Source of the DNA: a virus
Taxonomy: Duplodnaviria > Caudoviricetes
Direction: 5' to 3' (one strand)
DNA length: 48,386 nucleotides
Virus record (IMG/VR): IMGVR_UViG_3300032305_002231
Location: 1-48,386 of that record
In this document: piece after piece, positions 26,252 to 35,970 of the stretch
Position numbering within the stretch: the first letter of the stretch is position 1
Layout: the number at the start of each line of letters is the position of its first letter
The notes under the pieces: generated by a model
Seen by the model: only the letters and a program-made list of their open reading frames with translations
The model's database searches: none
Told to the model about the DNA's origin: nothing
Program-made: the position numbers and the translations under genes

Positions 26252-27501
26252 TGCTTGTAAATTCCTCTGACTGCAGTTAAAATACACAAATATTTAGGTC
26301 TACCATCTGAGAACTGAATATGATGGTTCATTCTAGTCACCACGTAGTTGCCATTTTGTAAAGGTTCTGGTTGTACATTGGTCTTGGTTGTACCGTCTGT
26401 TTTTGGCATTTTAAGTGTTAAAACATCTCCAATAGTCATACTGGAATCACCATGAATCTGCATGTCAATGGAACCATTCAACTGAATTGAAGAGAATGCA
26501 ATCTTTTTCATGAGATTATCATTCAAATATGTGTCTGGATTTGCTGAATTGGATATGTTATAGTAATAGTTTGCTACGTCTTTTCCATACTTGGAAATGG
26601 TATCTGTACCAAAGGGTGATACTGCACCATTTTCTTCTGCATTTTTGAATTCAGGAAAGTCTTTGATGGTATATTTTTTCTCTTTGAATTCTTTTCTGAG
26701 AATGTCAAACGTCTGATGTACTCCATTCAAAGCACCTAGAGACAAAGAAGATAACATGTTAAACTGTCTACCAACATTATAAGAAAGTATTTGTCTAAAC
26801 CCTTGTGGATTTTGATTTTCATTATTTAAAATTACGTGTCTGGTAAAGATTTTATCTCCAATCTTTCCTTTATTTTGATCCATGATTCCTTCAAGAGTAT
26901 TAAAGTTAAATCCATACTTGTTTTCAAAAAAGAAATATGTTGATGATGTGTATTTCTGTGACACTGCACGTTTTCTCAAAAAATCTATTGCAGCAAAGGC
27001 ATTCTTTCTGGTAAAGGTTATGTTTTGAATACCTTTGGAAGGCTCATAAAAGAATTTCTTTTTTGTTTTGATTGTGTCTTGCAAAATGTCCTTTACAATC
27101 ACATCAATAGTTTCTTTGTAACCCTTTTCAACATTGTGAATAGCGTCTTCAAAAGCTTCTTCTGAACAACAGGAAACTCTATAGCCCAACATTGATTGAT
27201 TGTCTGTTGCTGAACCTACTTCTATTTCAAAAGTTTTGAATTTTGCTTTGTACTTATCTCTACCGGGAGTTTCAAATTCCAGTTCTACAGTTTCTTCACC
27301 AATGATTGGAAATGTTCTAAGTAGACCAATAGCATCATGAATTTCAAGAGTAAGAAAAAGATAAGGTGTAAGAATATCTTCATACAAAAATAATTCAACA
27401 ACTTGTGGTGTTATGTCTCTTGTTTTGCCATTGGATGTTATGGTAAGTTTGTTTACCAGCACATCACCTAATTGGTAACTGTTGCCTTTTTGATCAGCCA
27501 T
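26248..27501 (-). CDS. baseplate hub protein (gp27-like tail protein)
   Basis: LYEDI..P.L...I.DA.GL...PI.GEE, FFFEN..GFNF, GD.....GD, GNY.VT...H; located between gp53 and gp5. Confidence 0.75.
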   Translation of the reverse strand: MADQKGNSYQLGDVLVNKLTITSNGKTRDITPQVVELFLYEDILTPYLFLTLEIHDAIGLLRTFPIIGEETVELEFETPGRDKYKAKFKTFEIEVGSATDNQSMLGYRVSCCSEEAFEDAIHNVEKGYKETIDVIVKDILQDTIKTKKKFFYEPSKGIQNITFTRKNAFAAIDFLRKRAVSQKYTSSTYFFFENKYGFNFNTLEGIMDQNKGKIGDKIFTRHVILNNENQNPQGFRQILSYNVGRQFNMLSSLSLGALNGVHQTFDILRKEFKEKKYTIKDFPEFKNAEENGAVSPFGTDTISKYGKDVANYYYNISNSANPDTYLNDNLMKKIAFSSIQLNGSIDMQIHGDSSMTIGDVLTLKMPKTDGTTKTNVQPEPLQNGNYVVTRMNHHIQFSDGRPKYLCILTAVRGIYKQ

Positions 27502-28343
27502 TATCTAAGTGCTTCTCCTAATTTTTCTTCAAGAAATGGAACATATTCTGGCTTGACTAACTTGATAAAAGATTTTTTTTCATTTTCTTCCTGTTCAACA
27601 TCATAAGCATAAACAGGTGAATAGTAAACCATTTGATCTGTTGAAATAACATTTTGTGTTGACAAGGATGATGTTACTGTTGCAACAGCACCTGAGTTTG
27701 CTCCAGTGATTGTTGAAGAGTTTGAAAATGATCCAACAATGTGTTTGAGAACAAGAGTAGAAGAATTTGAGAAAGCTACCTGTGAACCATTTGAACCTTG
27801 ATTGGCATATTCTCCTGATGTAAAGGCAACAGAAGAATTAGAAAGTGTTATTGACATGGTAAGAATCTGATTGGTGTTCTTTACTTGATCAACATCTTTT
27901 CTCTTATAATCTATGATGTTTGTACCAACAACTCTTGGCTTCCAAAAAGCTTTTAAAGAAGATGTTAAAGCTTCATAACCAGAAGCATCCAATCTTGTTT
28001 CATCACCATACCAATTATTTCTGTAGTACATTATTCGTCTCATTGAATTTTCAATAGTACCATGCTTGTCTTTTATCATTTCTTCAAAATCGTCTTCTGA
28101 AAGAACCCAATCATAAAAAGGATCAATGATATCATTGAAGAGATAAAGTATCCACACATATTCTGACTTGCCATAAAGATCATGGGCAACTTTATCTGGT
28201 CTATGTCCCTGTGGTACTTTATACTGATAAAAAAGCTGATGATTTTCTTTGAATATTTGTCTTATGTAAGGTCTTGCCATGATATTGGTTGCAGCAAAGC
28301 CTTCATAATTCAAAATAGGAAAGTTTAGAAAATAATGTTCCAT
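27501..28343 (-). CDS. gp53: baseplate wedge protein gp53
   Basis: YF.NFP...Y, RPD.VA..LYG....W.L...N.I.DP..DW, Y..E...NE.K..IKL. Confidence 0.9.
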   Translation of the reverse strand: MEHYFLNFPILNYEGFAATNIMARPYIRQIFKENHQLFYQYKVPQGHRPDKVAHDLYGKSEYVWILYLFNDIIDPFYDWVLSEDDFEEMIKDKHGTIENSMRRIMYYRNNWYGDETRLDASGYEALTSSLKAFWKPRVVGTNIIDYKRKDVDQVKNTNQILTMSITLSNSSVAFTSGEYANQGSNGSQVAFSNSSTLVLKHIVGSFSNSSTITGANSGAVATVTSSLSTQNVISTDQMVYYSPVYAYDVEQEENEKKSFIKLVKPEYVPFLEEKLGEALR

Positions 28344-29713
28344 TATTTAAATCCCCAAATATCTTCAACATTATCTCCACCAGTAATATTTAAAACATTA
28401 GCCAAGTCCCATGTATCCAATTTATCAGTTTCATTGGAACTTTTACCTACATCGTCTGATGTATAAAGTTCTATTTCTTGTAGAGACATTTGAAGAAAAT
28501 ATACTGTTGGTAAACCAGTTTGATTGAAAAATGAAAGCTGACCTGAACCTGAATGATTAATATTTAAAGATGTAATTACACAACGTTTAAAATTGTAAAG
28601 TTTATCTTCTTTAGGATGAAATTTAATATTGACAACTTTTGGATATTCTAAAAAAGCACCCTGCATTGGTTTTGGTAAAGCAGTTTTTCTAAAAATATTA
28701 AGAATTTTTAAAACTGTTTGTGATTCGTCTGGTGTTTTTGGAGCAAAGAACCATGAAAAACTGTGTTGTCTTAACATTGGACCGTTAAACGCAACAGTTG
28801 TATATGGGTTGACTGTTCTACCAGCAAAGTTGGTAAGAAGATTATATTCACTTGTACCCATTCTTCCTGTTGCATATAAGCCAAGAACACCTGCACCTGC
28901 AATTGCTGCTACCTTTTCATTGTCTGGAGCATTTCTTGCAGATTCTAAAGCAGCAGCAGAACCTTTTGTAAGATCGTCCCATGCTTTTTGTAAAGGATTG
29001 ACTGATCCATCTGAAACATTTTCTATTGTTTTTGCAATTTCATTAGCTATTGCTCTGATAGGACCGGGAGAATATGCTGACCAATTCAATTGATAAGATT
29101 CATTTAAATCTTTTGGCATTGGAAGAAACACAGAATATTCTGGTCTATAAGATGCTGCTTGTGTAACTTTTCCTTTTTCATATGCAGCAATTGAAAACTG
29201 AATTTTTGGAAAATTATCACCTAAATCAGAAGGAAACGTTACCCCCGCAGTTGTTGTTTCAATTTCCCAATCAAATCTTGGTGTCAAAGGAAATTTATTT
29301 GATCCTGCAGTTCCTACTGATGTAGAAACACCTGCTATAGCTGAAGATAGACCACCTAGAGCCTCAACATTGATACCTAAAGCTGCTGCTGCACCTACCA
29401 CTCCCTGAACCTGTCCTACAACGTTCTGTGCAGTTCCTATGGCAGAATTGATGAAATCACCCAATCCATTAATGCCTGAAAGGTTTGGCATTCCTTGATT
29501 TGAAAACGTTTCAACAACATTTTGAATTGTTGAAATACCTGTTGGCAAAGAGCCTAGCAATTTCTGTAGAGATGCAATATTAGGAACTTTCATTCCATTT
29601 GGTCCTGTTAACCCATTAACTGTATCAACAGTTTTTGCAACGTCTGCTGCAGTTTGCATTATTTTAGTTTGCAAATCTTGTATTGCTGGAACCAAACCAA
29701 TGTTTGTGGTCAT
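28343..29713 (-). CDS. gp48: baseplate tail tube cap gp48 with an N-terminal extension
   Basis: FP.DL, LPMP, NP....F.GP.LR.HSF.W.F.PK...ES, CVITS...N, L.LQEIE. Confidence 0.85.
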   Translation of the reverse strand: MTTNIGLVPAIQDLQTKIMQTAADVAKTVDTVNGLTGPNGMKVPNIASLQKLLGSLPTGISTIQNVVETFSNQGMPNLSGINGLGDFINSAIGTAQNVVGQVQGVVGAAAALGINVEALGGLSSAIAGVSTSVGTAGSNKFPLTPRFDWEIETTTAGVTFPSDLGDNFPKIQFSIAAYEKGKVTQAASYRPEYSVFLPMPKDLNESYQLNWSAYSPGPIRAIANEIAKTIENVSDGSVNPLQKAWDDLTKGSAAALESARNAPDNEKVAAIAGAGVLGLYATGRMGTSEYNLLTNFAGRTVNPYTTVAFNGPMLRQHSFSWFFAPKTPDESQTVLKILNIFRKTALPKPMQGAFLEYPKVVNIKFHPKEDKLYNFKRCVITSLNINHSGSGQLSFFNQTGLPTVYFLQMSLQEIELYTSDDVGKSSNETDKLDTWDLANVLNITGGDNVEDIWGFK

Positions 29714-29725
29714 TTGTGTCTTGCC

Positions 29726-29754
29726 TATAAATAATCAGTAATATATTATTTATT
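29726..29754. promoter_or_regulatory. overlapping late promoters for divergent gp4 and gp48 transcription
   Basis: TATAAATA (+) 29726-29733; AATAAATA (-) 29747-29754. Confidence 0.65.
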
Positions 29755-29767
29755 AGCAAGGAATAAG

Positions 29768-30205
29768 ATGAAAGGTAAATTTAAACCAAAGAACCCACAT
29801 AAATATCGTGGTGATCCAACAAACGTAGTTTGGAGAAGCAGATGGGAACTTAAAGTTTTCTCTGATTTGGACCTTTCTGATAAAGTGGAAAAGTGGTCTT
29901 CAGAAGAAATAATAATACCCTATGTTGATCCATTTTCTGGTAAAACAAGAAGATATTTTCCTGATGTATGGGTCAAATATAAGGATGGTACACAAGAATT
30001 AATAGAAATAAAACCAAAATATCAAACTTTACCTCCACCCATTCAAAAAAACACAATTTCAAAGAAATATATAAAGGAAGTAATCACTTGGGGTAATAAT
30101 TCAGCTAAATGGGATGCTGCTATTGAATACTGTAAGAAAAAAGGTTATAAGTGGAAGATTCTGACTGAAGAACAATTGTTTCCAAATAAAGGAAAGAAGA
30201 AATAA
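29768..30205 (+). CDS. gp4: head completion nuclease gp4 (TnsA-like)
   Basis: GKFKPKNP.KY.GDP...RS.WE, WSSEE..IPY, RYFPD, EIKP, N.AKW.AA. Confidence 0.95.
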   Translation: MKGKFKPKNPHKYRGDPTNVVWRSRWELKVFSDLDLSDKVEKWSSEEIIIPYVDPFSGKTRRYFPDVWVKYKDGTQELIEIKPKYQTLPPPIQKNTISKKYIKEVITWGNNSAKWDAAIEYCKKKGYKWKILTEEQLFPNKGKKK

Positions 30206-30819
30206 TGGCTGTAGGAACGTTTGAAAGCATATTTGAAAAAGCTGCTAGAGAAGGAATTTCTCTAAAAGTAAGAGAAGCCAAGGAATGGTACAGAAGAGAA
30301 GCTGCTAGGTCTACAAGAGATGCTACAAAACTTATCAAAGAAGATACTGACAGACTTCAAAATAAATTCAACAGATATTCTGTTGGTAGAATGTATCTTT
30401 TTTACTATGATGCCAAACATAAAAACGATAAAAAGAAATTGCCCTATTGGGACAGATTTCCCTTGATTTTTCCAATTGAATCATATTCAGATGGATTTTT
30501 GGGAATCAATTTTCATTACTTGCCACCACAGCAAAGAGCACGTTTACTTGATGCCCTTGATACCTTGGTTAACAACAAAAAATTTGATGATACCACAAAA
30601 TTAAGAGTTTCATATCAAATTTTGAAAAGTGCTTCACAAATGAGACTATTTAAACCTTGTGTCAAGAGATATCTTTTCACTCAGGTAAGGTCTAAATATA
30701 TGTACATTGCTCCTAATGAATGGCCTATGGCTATCTTTTTGCCAGTTGCCAAGTGGCAGAATGGAGTTACTGCTGAACAGGTTTATAAAGATTCAATGAG
30801 TAAAGTAAGACAATTATAA
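30205..30819 (+). CDS. gp2: DNA end protector protein gp2
   Basis: GRMY.F.YDAKHK...LPYWDRFPL, GF.GINFHYL, PC.KRYL, W..AIFLP. Confidence 0.95.
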   Translation: MAVGTFESIFEKAAREGISLKVREAKEWYRREAARSTRDATKLIKEDTDRLQNKFNRYSVGRMYLFYYDAKHKNDKKKLPYWDRFPLIFPIESYSDGFLGINFHYLPPQQRARLLDALDTLVNNKKFDDTTKLRVSYQILKSASQMRLFKPCVKRYLFTQVRSKYMYIAPNEWPMAIFLPVAKWQNGVTAEQVYKDSMSKVRQL

Positions 30820-30835
30820 CTAGGAAAAACTATTA

Positions 30836-31714
30836 ATGCCAGATATTCTTCAAAATGATGGAACATTTGTAAGAACAGAAACACAAAGAGAAGAAGGTGT
30901 TGGTAAAAGACCACCTAAAGCAAAATATGCTACATTTAATGTGGCAGATTTTCGTTCTAAAATTGATTCTCTTGGTGGTGTTGGTAGAACCACACTTTTC
31001 AGAGTTGAAATTGCTATTCCAAGTGATGTTCAACTTGATACAGACAACAAAATTGATTCAGGTACTTTAACCTTTCTGGTTGCATCTGTAAACTTTCCCG
31101 GTATCAGAATAACCACACATCCTGTTCAAAGATATGGTATTGGTCCACAAGAAGATATGCCTACTGGTTTCGTTACAGGACAAGTCTCCATGAACATTCT
31201 TGGAGATGCGGAAGGAAACGTTCTTAAGTTTTTTAGAGCATGGACAAGAGGTGTAGCAGAATATCAATCTGCTGTTGGCAACACTTTATCAAATAAAGTT
31301 GTTCCAAGCATGAAACCTTTTCATGTCAATTATAAAAAGAACATAGAAACACAAGTTTCAATTGCTCTTTATGATTTAGCAGGAAATCAGGTTTATAAAA
31401 CAACTTTAACAAAAGCATTTCCTGTTGACGTTTCTGCCATGTATTATTCTTGGGCAAACATTGACCAAATCACATACATACCTGTAACCTTTTCATATTT
31501 TGATATGGCTTTTGAATCCAATGGTGGATTTGTTAGAGGTGAACAGGCAGAAGTAGAAACTCTTTCTGTCATGGAAAGAATTTATTCTGGTGGTGCTGCT
31601 TTTCAGGCTATAAATAATTATGGAAGTTCAGTAAACAGTGTTACTGGAATTGTTAATGCAATTAATAATGCAGTTTCTGGTATAAAGCAACTAGGAAGTG
31701 TATTTGGTATTTAA
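30836..31714 (+). CDS. gp54: baseplate tail tube initiator gp54-like (tail-tube fold)
   Basis: FRVEI, SVNFPG, FFRAW, Y...I...I.LYD, L.KAFP, VTFSY; synteny gp2-gp54-gp26. Confidence 0.75.
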   Translation: MPDILQNDGTFVRTETQREEGVGKRPPKAKYATFNVADFRSKIDSLGGVGRTTLFRVEIAIPSDVQLDTDNKIDSGTLTFLVASVNFPGIRITTHPVQRYGIGPQEDMPTGFVTGQVSMNILGDAEGNVLKFFRAWTRGVAEYQSAVGNTLSNKVVPSMKPFHVNYKKNIETQVSIALYDLAGNQVYKTTLTKAFPVDVSAMYYSWANIDQITYIPVTFSYFDMAFESNGGFVRGEQAEVETLSVMERIYSGGAAFQAINNYGSSVNSVTGIVNAINNAVSGIKQLGSVFGI

Positions 31715-31723
31715 GGAGAAATT

Positions 31724-32437
31724 ATGTCATTACCTAAAATTGAATATCCTACTTTTGAGTTGACCATCCCATCTACAAAAAAGAAAGTAAAGCACAGACC
31801 TTATTTTGTCAAGGAAGAAAAAATTCTTCTTATGGCTCAACAAACAGGCAACATCAATGAAATAATTTCTGCAATGAAACAGGTTATCAACAACTGTATT
31901 GTTACAGAAGATTTTAATGTCAATTCTTTAATGATTTTTGATGTTGAATATATCTTTTTAAGGTTACGTGCTGTTTCTGTGAACAACATTATCACACTAA
32001 CATATAAAGATAATGAAGACCAGAAAAATTACACAGTTTCTTTGAATCTGGATGATGTTGATGTTAAATTTGATCCAGATCATACAAACAAAATTCAACT
32101 ATCAGAAACCATGAATCTTTATCTTAGATATCCCGGCATGGAACTATCAGATAAAGTTGTAAATGCTCCAGATACTGCTACATCATTTTTTGAGTTAGTC
32201 AAGTCTTGTTTGGATAAATTAACAGTTTCTGAAGAAGACATGTACATTTTCTCTGAAATGTCTGATGCAGAAAAAGAAGATTTTCTTAATACTTTAACAC
32301 CTTCTGCGTTTAATAAAATCAAGACGTTCTTTGAAACCATGCCAAAACTGTCTCATACCATCAGATATACCAACTCTTTGGGACATGAACAAGAAATTGT
32401 TCTTGAGACGTTAAATGATTTTTTTACGTTAGTTTAA
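31724..32437 (+). CDS. gp26: baseplate hub assembly protein gp26
   Basis: MSLPKI..P..EL..PST...V..RP..VKEEKILLMA, D.EYIFL.LR, FFETMPKL, ends L.DFF. Confidence 0.92.
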   Translation: MSLPKIEYPTFELTIPSTKKKVKHRPYFVKEEKILLMAQQTGNINEIISAMKQVINNCIVTEDFNVNSLMIFDVEYIFLRLRAVSVNNIITLTYKDNEDQKNYTVSLNLDDVDVKFDPDHTNKIQLSETMNLYLRYPGMELSDKVVNAPDTATSFFELVKSCLDKLTVSEEDMYIFSEMSDAEKEDFLNTLTPSAFNKIKTFFETMPKLSHTIRYTNSLGHEQEIVLETLNDFFTLV

Positions 32438-32598
32438 GCCACAACACATTATCCAATTATTACTTTCTAGTTTTTTCATTAGTTCAACATCATAAATATT
32501 CATTATATGATGTTGAACATATGTTCCCCTTTGAACGTGATCTATTTACTGATTTAATCAAAGACTTTATGGAAAAACAGAAAGAAAATGCCAATTAA
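32419..32598 (+). CDS. gp51: gp51-like hub assembly protein, start-less ORF in the -1 frame of gp26
   Basis: LSHNTLSNYY...FSLVQHHKYSLYDVEHMFPFERDLF; no ATG/GTG/TTG before the conserved region; T7 run at 32419-32425. Confidence 0.8.
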   Translation, partial: FFYVSLSHNTLSNYYFLVFSLVQHHKYSLYDVEHMFPFERDLFTDLIKDFMEKQKENAN

Positions 32599-35371
32599 TA
32601 CACCAGATAATATTTCTACATCAACCAATTCAGGACCACAACAAGGTTCTGGTACTGGTGGCATTACACATATAACAGGTGAAGGTGCCTTTAATTTTTC
32701 TGGTGGTGATAATACAATGCCCAATTCTTCATCAACATCTTTCAAGGATTTGATTGATATTGGTTTTAGAAAAACCCTAGAAAGCATAGGGTTTATGAGA
32801 GTAGTTGTTGAAAGAATTGAACAAAAACAAAACATTACTATTGATTATATCAAAGAAGCTTTAGCTGGCAACAAAGTAATTCATGAAAAAATTGATGATT
32901 TGCGTAAAACTCTTTCTAAAATGGAAGATGATAAACGCAAGTCAACAATGTCAGAAGACTTGAAAAGAAGAGAAGATGAATTAGAAAAACTGACAAAACC
33001 TTCTCTTGTTTCTGGTAGAGAAGGTTTTGATGGTTCATCTGATTCTGATGGAAAATCTTCATCAAGTTTTTGGTATTTGGCTTTACCTATTGCTGCAGGA
33101 ATTATGGGTCAAGTTTTTCATTTGGCTCCACAAATCAGAGGGTTTCTAGAATTTATTAAAGGAACTGAAAAACTTATTGGTGGTTTGGCTGGTGCTTCTG
33201 CATCTGGTATTGGTGCAGGAACTGCTGCTGCTGCAAAATTTTCAAGTATTTTTAATGCTGGTAAAGCAGGATTAATGTCAACTGTTACTAATTTTGCTTC
33301 TGGTTTGGCAAGAGCAAGTATGCAAAATGTTTTGAAATGGTTGAATAAATTAAAATTTGCAGCACGTTCTGTTATTGTTTTGGATGCTTTGTTTACAATT
33401 GTTTTTGCACAAGCCACTGCAGATGATCCACAAGGTGTTGAAAATTCTTTTGCAAGAGCATTAGGTAAAATTGTTGGTGGTACTGGTGGTGCTTGGATTT
33501 TGGGTAGCTTGATGGGTATTGCTATGTCATGGATACCTTTTGCTGGTCCTGTTGCAGCCATTGCTGGTGCTATTCTTGGTGGTTATTATGGAACTATTGT
33601 TGGTGAAGATGTAGGTAGAGCAATGTATAAATGGTTTGCTTCTGACCTAAAAGATTTTTCTGGGTTTTATGCTATTTGGAGAAGAATTGAAAACGATTTA
33701 ACATCTGCTGTAGATTATATCATTCCTTCTTCTGGAAGTTCTTCTTCAAAAGATGGTTCAAAACCTTCTGGTGGAAGTGGTGCTGGTTGGGATAGAGATG
33801 CACAGAAAAAAAGAGATGAAGAACTTAAAAGAAATATGGATGCTGCTACAGGTAAACCTTCTGTAGGTGGAACACCAACACCTTCTACTGGTGGTGTAGC
33901 TGGTGGAGGAGGTGGAGGTGGAGGTAATGGAAAATCAGGTGGCAGTTCTTGGAAACCAGATAATGCAGAAGTAGAAGCTGCAGAAAGATATTATGCTGAC
34001 AATACTGGTGGTGATCTTGCATTGGCAAGAACTATGGCAGAAATTGAAAGTGGTCATAATCCAGAAGCAGGATATTGGAAAAAAGATAAAGACGGAAATA
34101 GAGTTGCCGCTCCAGAAGGAACAGGATATAAAGGTCTTTTCCAAACTAGAAGAACAAGACATAGCCCAATGGATGGTGCAAAAGATGCTGTAGCATCAAC
34201 AAATAGAAACAGAGAATATTTTAAAAGACATATGGGTAGATACCCAACTCCTGCAGAAATTTATCTATTGCATCAACAAGGAATTGCTGGTGGCACTGCA
34301 TATATGCAAGCATATTATAATGATCCAAATATGCGAGCCGTAGAAGGTATGGCTAAATGGATGGTTAAAGGTGGTCATAATAAAAATTGGACAGTAGAAA
34401 TGTCTATAACAAACCTTAAAGGAAATATGTGGGGGGCGTTAGCAGGAAAAAACCATTTAACAATTACTGTAAAAGAATTTGTAGATTTGTTTGTTGCAGA
34501 TTTCAATAGAAGATATGAAAAATACAAAAAACAAGAAACTGGTGGTGATGCTCAAAAACCAAAAACAGGAGCACCAGTTTCAGCAGGTATGACACCAGTA
34601 TCATATTCACCTTCAGATTATTCTGGTGGAGGTAGAGGTGGTGGAGGGTCAAGTAAATCTAGATATGAAGGAACAGATGTAGACACTTCTGGTTACTCAA
34701 ATGTGCCATCATATGGTGATGGTGGTAAAAATACATATGCAGAAGGAACACGTTATGATAAAACACTAGACAAGAATCATCCTGCTTTAGATATTCTTGT
34801 TTCTCAAATGTATAAAAAAGGACACATTCCTTCAGGTTCTGTTGTATCTTTCAATGATAAGCATCATGCAAAAAAAGGTGAAACAAACGTACATCGTCAA
34901 GGGTTAGGTGTTGATATTTCACAAGCTGGTGGTTCACAACAAACAAGAAACGCACTAATAGGAGCAATTAAATCTTGTGGTTTAGAATATAATGTTAATA
35001 TTGCTGCAGAAGATCATACTTTTGCTGCAGGTACAGGTTCAACTGGTCAACATGTTCATGCATACTTTAGATCAAGACAAGATGCAGATACCTTTCTTAC
35101 CAATTGGTTAAAGAAAAACGGTGTAAAAGGAAAATCACCAAAACTATCTGGTTCTTCACCAGAAATTATTGCGGGCAATCCTTCTTCTGGTGCTTCTCTT
35201 ATGGCTTATGGTATGGGAAGTCAACAGCCAAAAGTTGTTCAGGTAACACAACCTGTTATTGTTCAGGGAGGTGGTTCTTCTGGTGGTGGTAGAAAAGGTG
35301 GTGGAACATCTGGTGCCATACCATCCTCTTTCAGACCATCCAACAGAGATATTTTAAACGCTTATACATAA
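32588..35371 (+). CDS. tape-measure/hub-like protein with lytic transglycosylase-like and M15-like peptidase domains
   Basis: Coiled-coil and Gly/Ala hydrophobic N-half; AEIESG.NP...YKGLFQ...YLLHQQG; H..G.GVDI...HVH; follows gp26/gp51. Confidence 0.75.
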   Translation: MPINTPDNISTSTNSGPQQGSGTGGITHITGEGAFNFSGGDNTMPNSSSTSFKDLIDIGFRKTLESIGFMRVVVERIEQKQNITIDYIKEALAGNKVIHEKIDDLRKTLSKMEDDKRKSTMSEDLKRREDELEKLTKPSLVSGREGFDGSSDSDGKSSSSFWYLALPIAAGIMGQVFHLAPQIRGFLEFIKGTEKLIGGLAGASASGIGAGTAAAAKFSSIFNAGKAGLMSTVTNFASGLARASMQNVLKWLNKLKFAARSVIVLDALFTIVFAQATADDPQGVENSFARALGKIVGGTGGAWILGSLMGIAMSWIPFAGPVAAIAGAILGGYYGTIVGEDVGRAMYKWFASDLKDFSGFYAIWRRIENDLTSAVDYIIPSSGSSSSKDGSKPSGGSGAGWDRDAQKKRDEELKRNMDAATGKPSVGGTPTPSTGGVAGGGGGGGGNGKSGGSSWKPDNAEVEAAERYYADNTGGDLALARTMAEIESGHNPEAGYWKKDKDGNRVAAPEGTGYKGLFQTRRTRHSPMDGAKDAVASTNRNREYFKRHMGRYPTPAEIYLLHQQGIAGGTAYMQAYYNDPNMRAVEGMAKWMVKGGHNKNWTVEMSITNLKGNMWGALAGKNHLTITVKEFVDLFVADFNRRYEKYKKQETGGDAQKPKTGAPVSAGMTPVSYSPSDYSGGGRGGGGSSKSRYEGTDVDTSGYSNVPSYGDGGKNTYAEGTRYDKTLDKNHPALDILVSQMYKKGHIPSGSVVSFNDKHHAKKGETNVHRQGLGVDISQAGGSQQTRNALIGAIKSCGLEYNVNIAAEDHTFAAGTGSTGQHVHAYFRSRQDADTFLTNWLKKNGVKGKSPKLSGSSPEIIAGNPSSGASLMAYGMGSQQPKVVQVTQPVIVQGGGSSGGGRKGGGTSGAIPSSFRPSNRDILNAYT

Positions 35372-35697
35372 GTTGTTCTTTTAATCCATCCTTTACGACC
35401 AAGAGTTATTGTAATAGGAAAATCTCTTCTAGTATTAATTTCATCAACGAGTTGTGCCATTGCTTTTAGTTGTGTTGAACCAAAACCACGAACATATTCT
35501 TCTTTCTTCTTTGAAGAAGGATATGATACTGTAGCATACCATTTTTTATCTTTTTCAGCAGATGAATCATACTCAACAATCAATTCACATTCATTAATTT
35601 CACAATATTGTTCAAGATTGATTGGTTTTGGAATTATTTCAAAATCCGTTCCTGCATCATCATTTTTATAAAGAACTTTATACATTATCTTCTCCAA
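35362..35697 (-). CDS. hypothetical protein (probable start MYKVLY)
   Basis: 111 aa ORF; GGAGA RBS. Confidence 0.55.
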   Translation of the reverse strand: MEKIMYKVLYKNDDAGTDFEIIPKPINLEQYCEINECELIVEYDSSAEKDKKWYATVSYPSSKKKEEYVRGFGSTQLKAMAQLVDEINTRRDFPITITLGRKGWIKRTTYV

Positions 35698-35911
35698 TCA
35701 ACTGCACATCTGCTTCTGTTTCAATCCAAAGTTTGGCACCACACTTAAGAGGCTTATCAGGAGAATATATCATCTTGGATGGACCGTCAATATGAACTTC
35801 CATACAATATCTCACATTCTTTCCTTCTTGCACACGGCAAACTGGTTTGGTTGTACCATTCTTGGCATTTTGCTGAATGATATTTCTGTTAATGTGAATT
35901 ATCTTTTTCAT
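35678..35911 (-). CDS. conserved phage hypothetical protein
   Basis: IHIN...I..N.K...P..RV..G...Y...V.I.GPS...YSP..PL.CGA..WIET. Confidence 0.75.
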   Translation of the reverse strand: MKKIIHINRNIIQQNAKNGTTKPVCRVQEGKNVRYCMEVHIDGPSKMIYSPDKPLKCGAKLWIETEADVQLIGEDNV

Positions 35912-35930
35912 TTTTTATCTCCATAAAATT

Positions 35931-35967
35931 ACAAAGGGAGTATATTTCAACTCCCTTTGTTTGTCAA
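35931..35967 (-). terminator. terminator hairpin superimposed on a sigma70 promoter
   Basis: ACAAAGGGAGT/ACTCCCTTTGT stem after the DUF932 stop; TTGACA-N17-TATACT in the same bases. Confidence 0.6.
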
Positions 35968-35970
35968 CCT

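Noticed and set aside
33730-35320. GGT/GGA-rich tracts as tandem repeats
   Set aside because: Explained by Gly/Ser linkers in the tape-measure-like protein.
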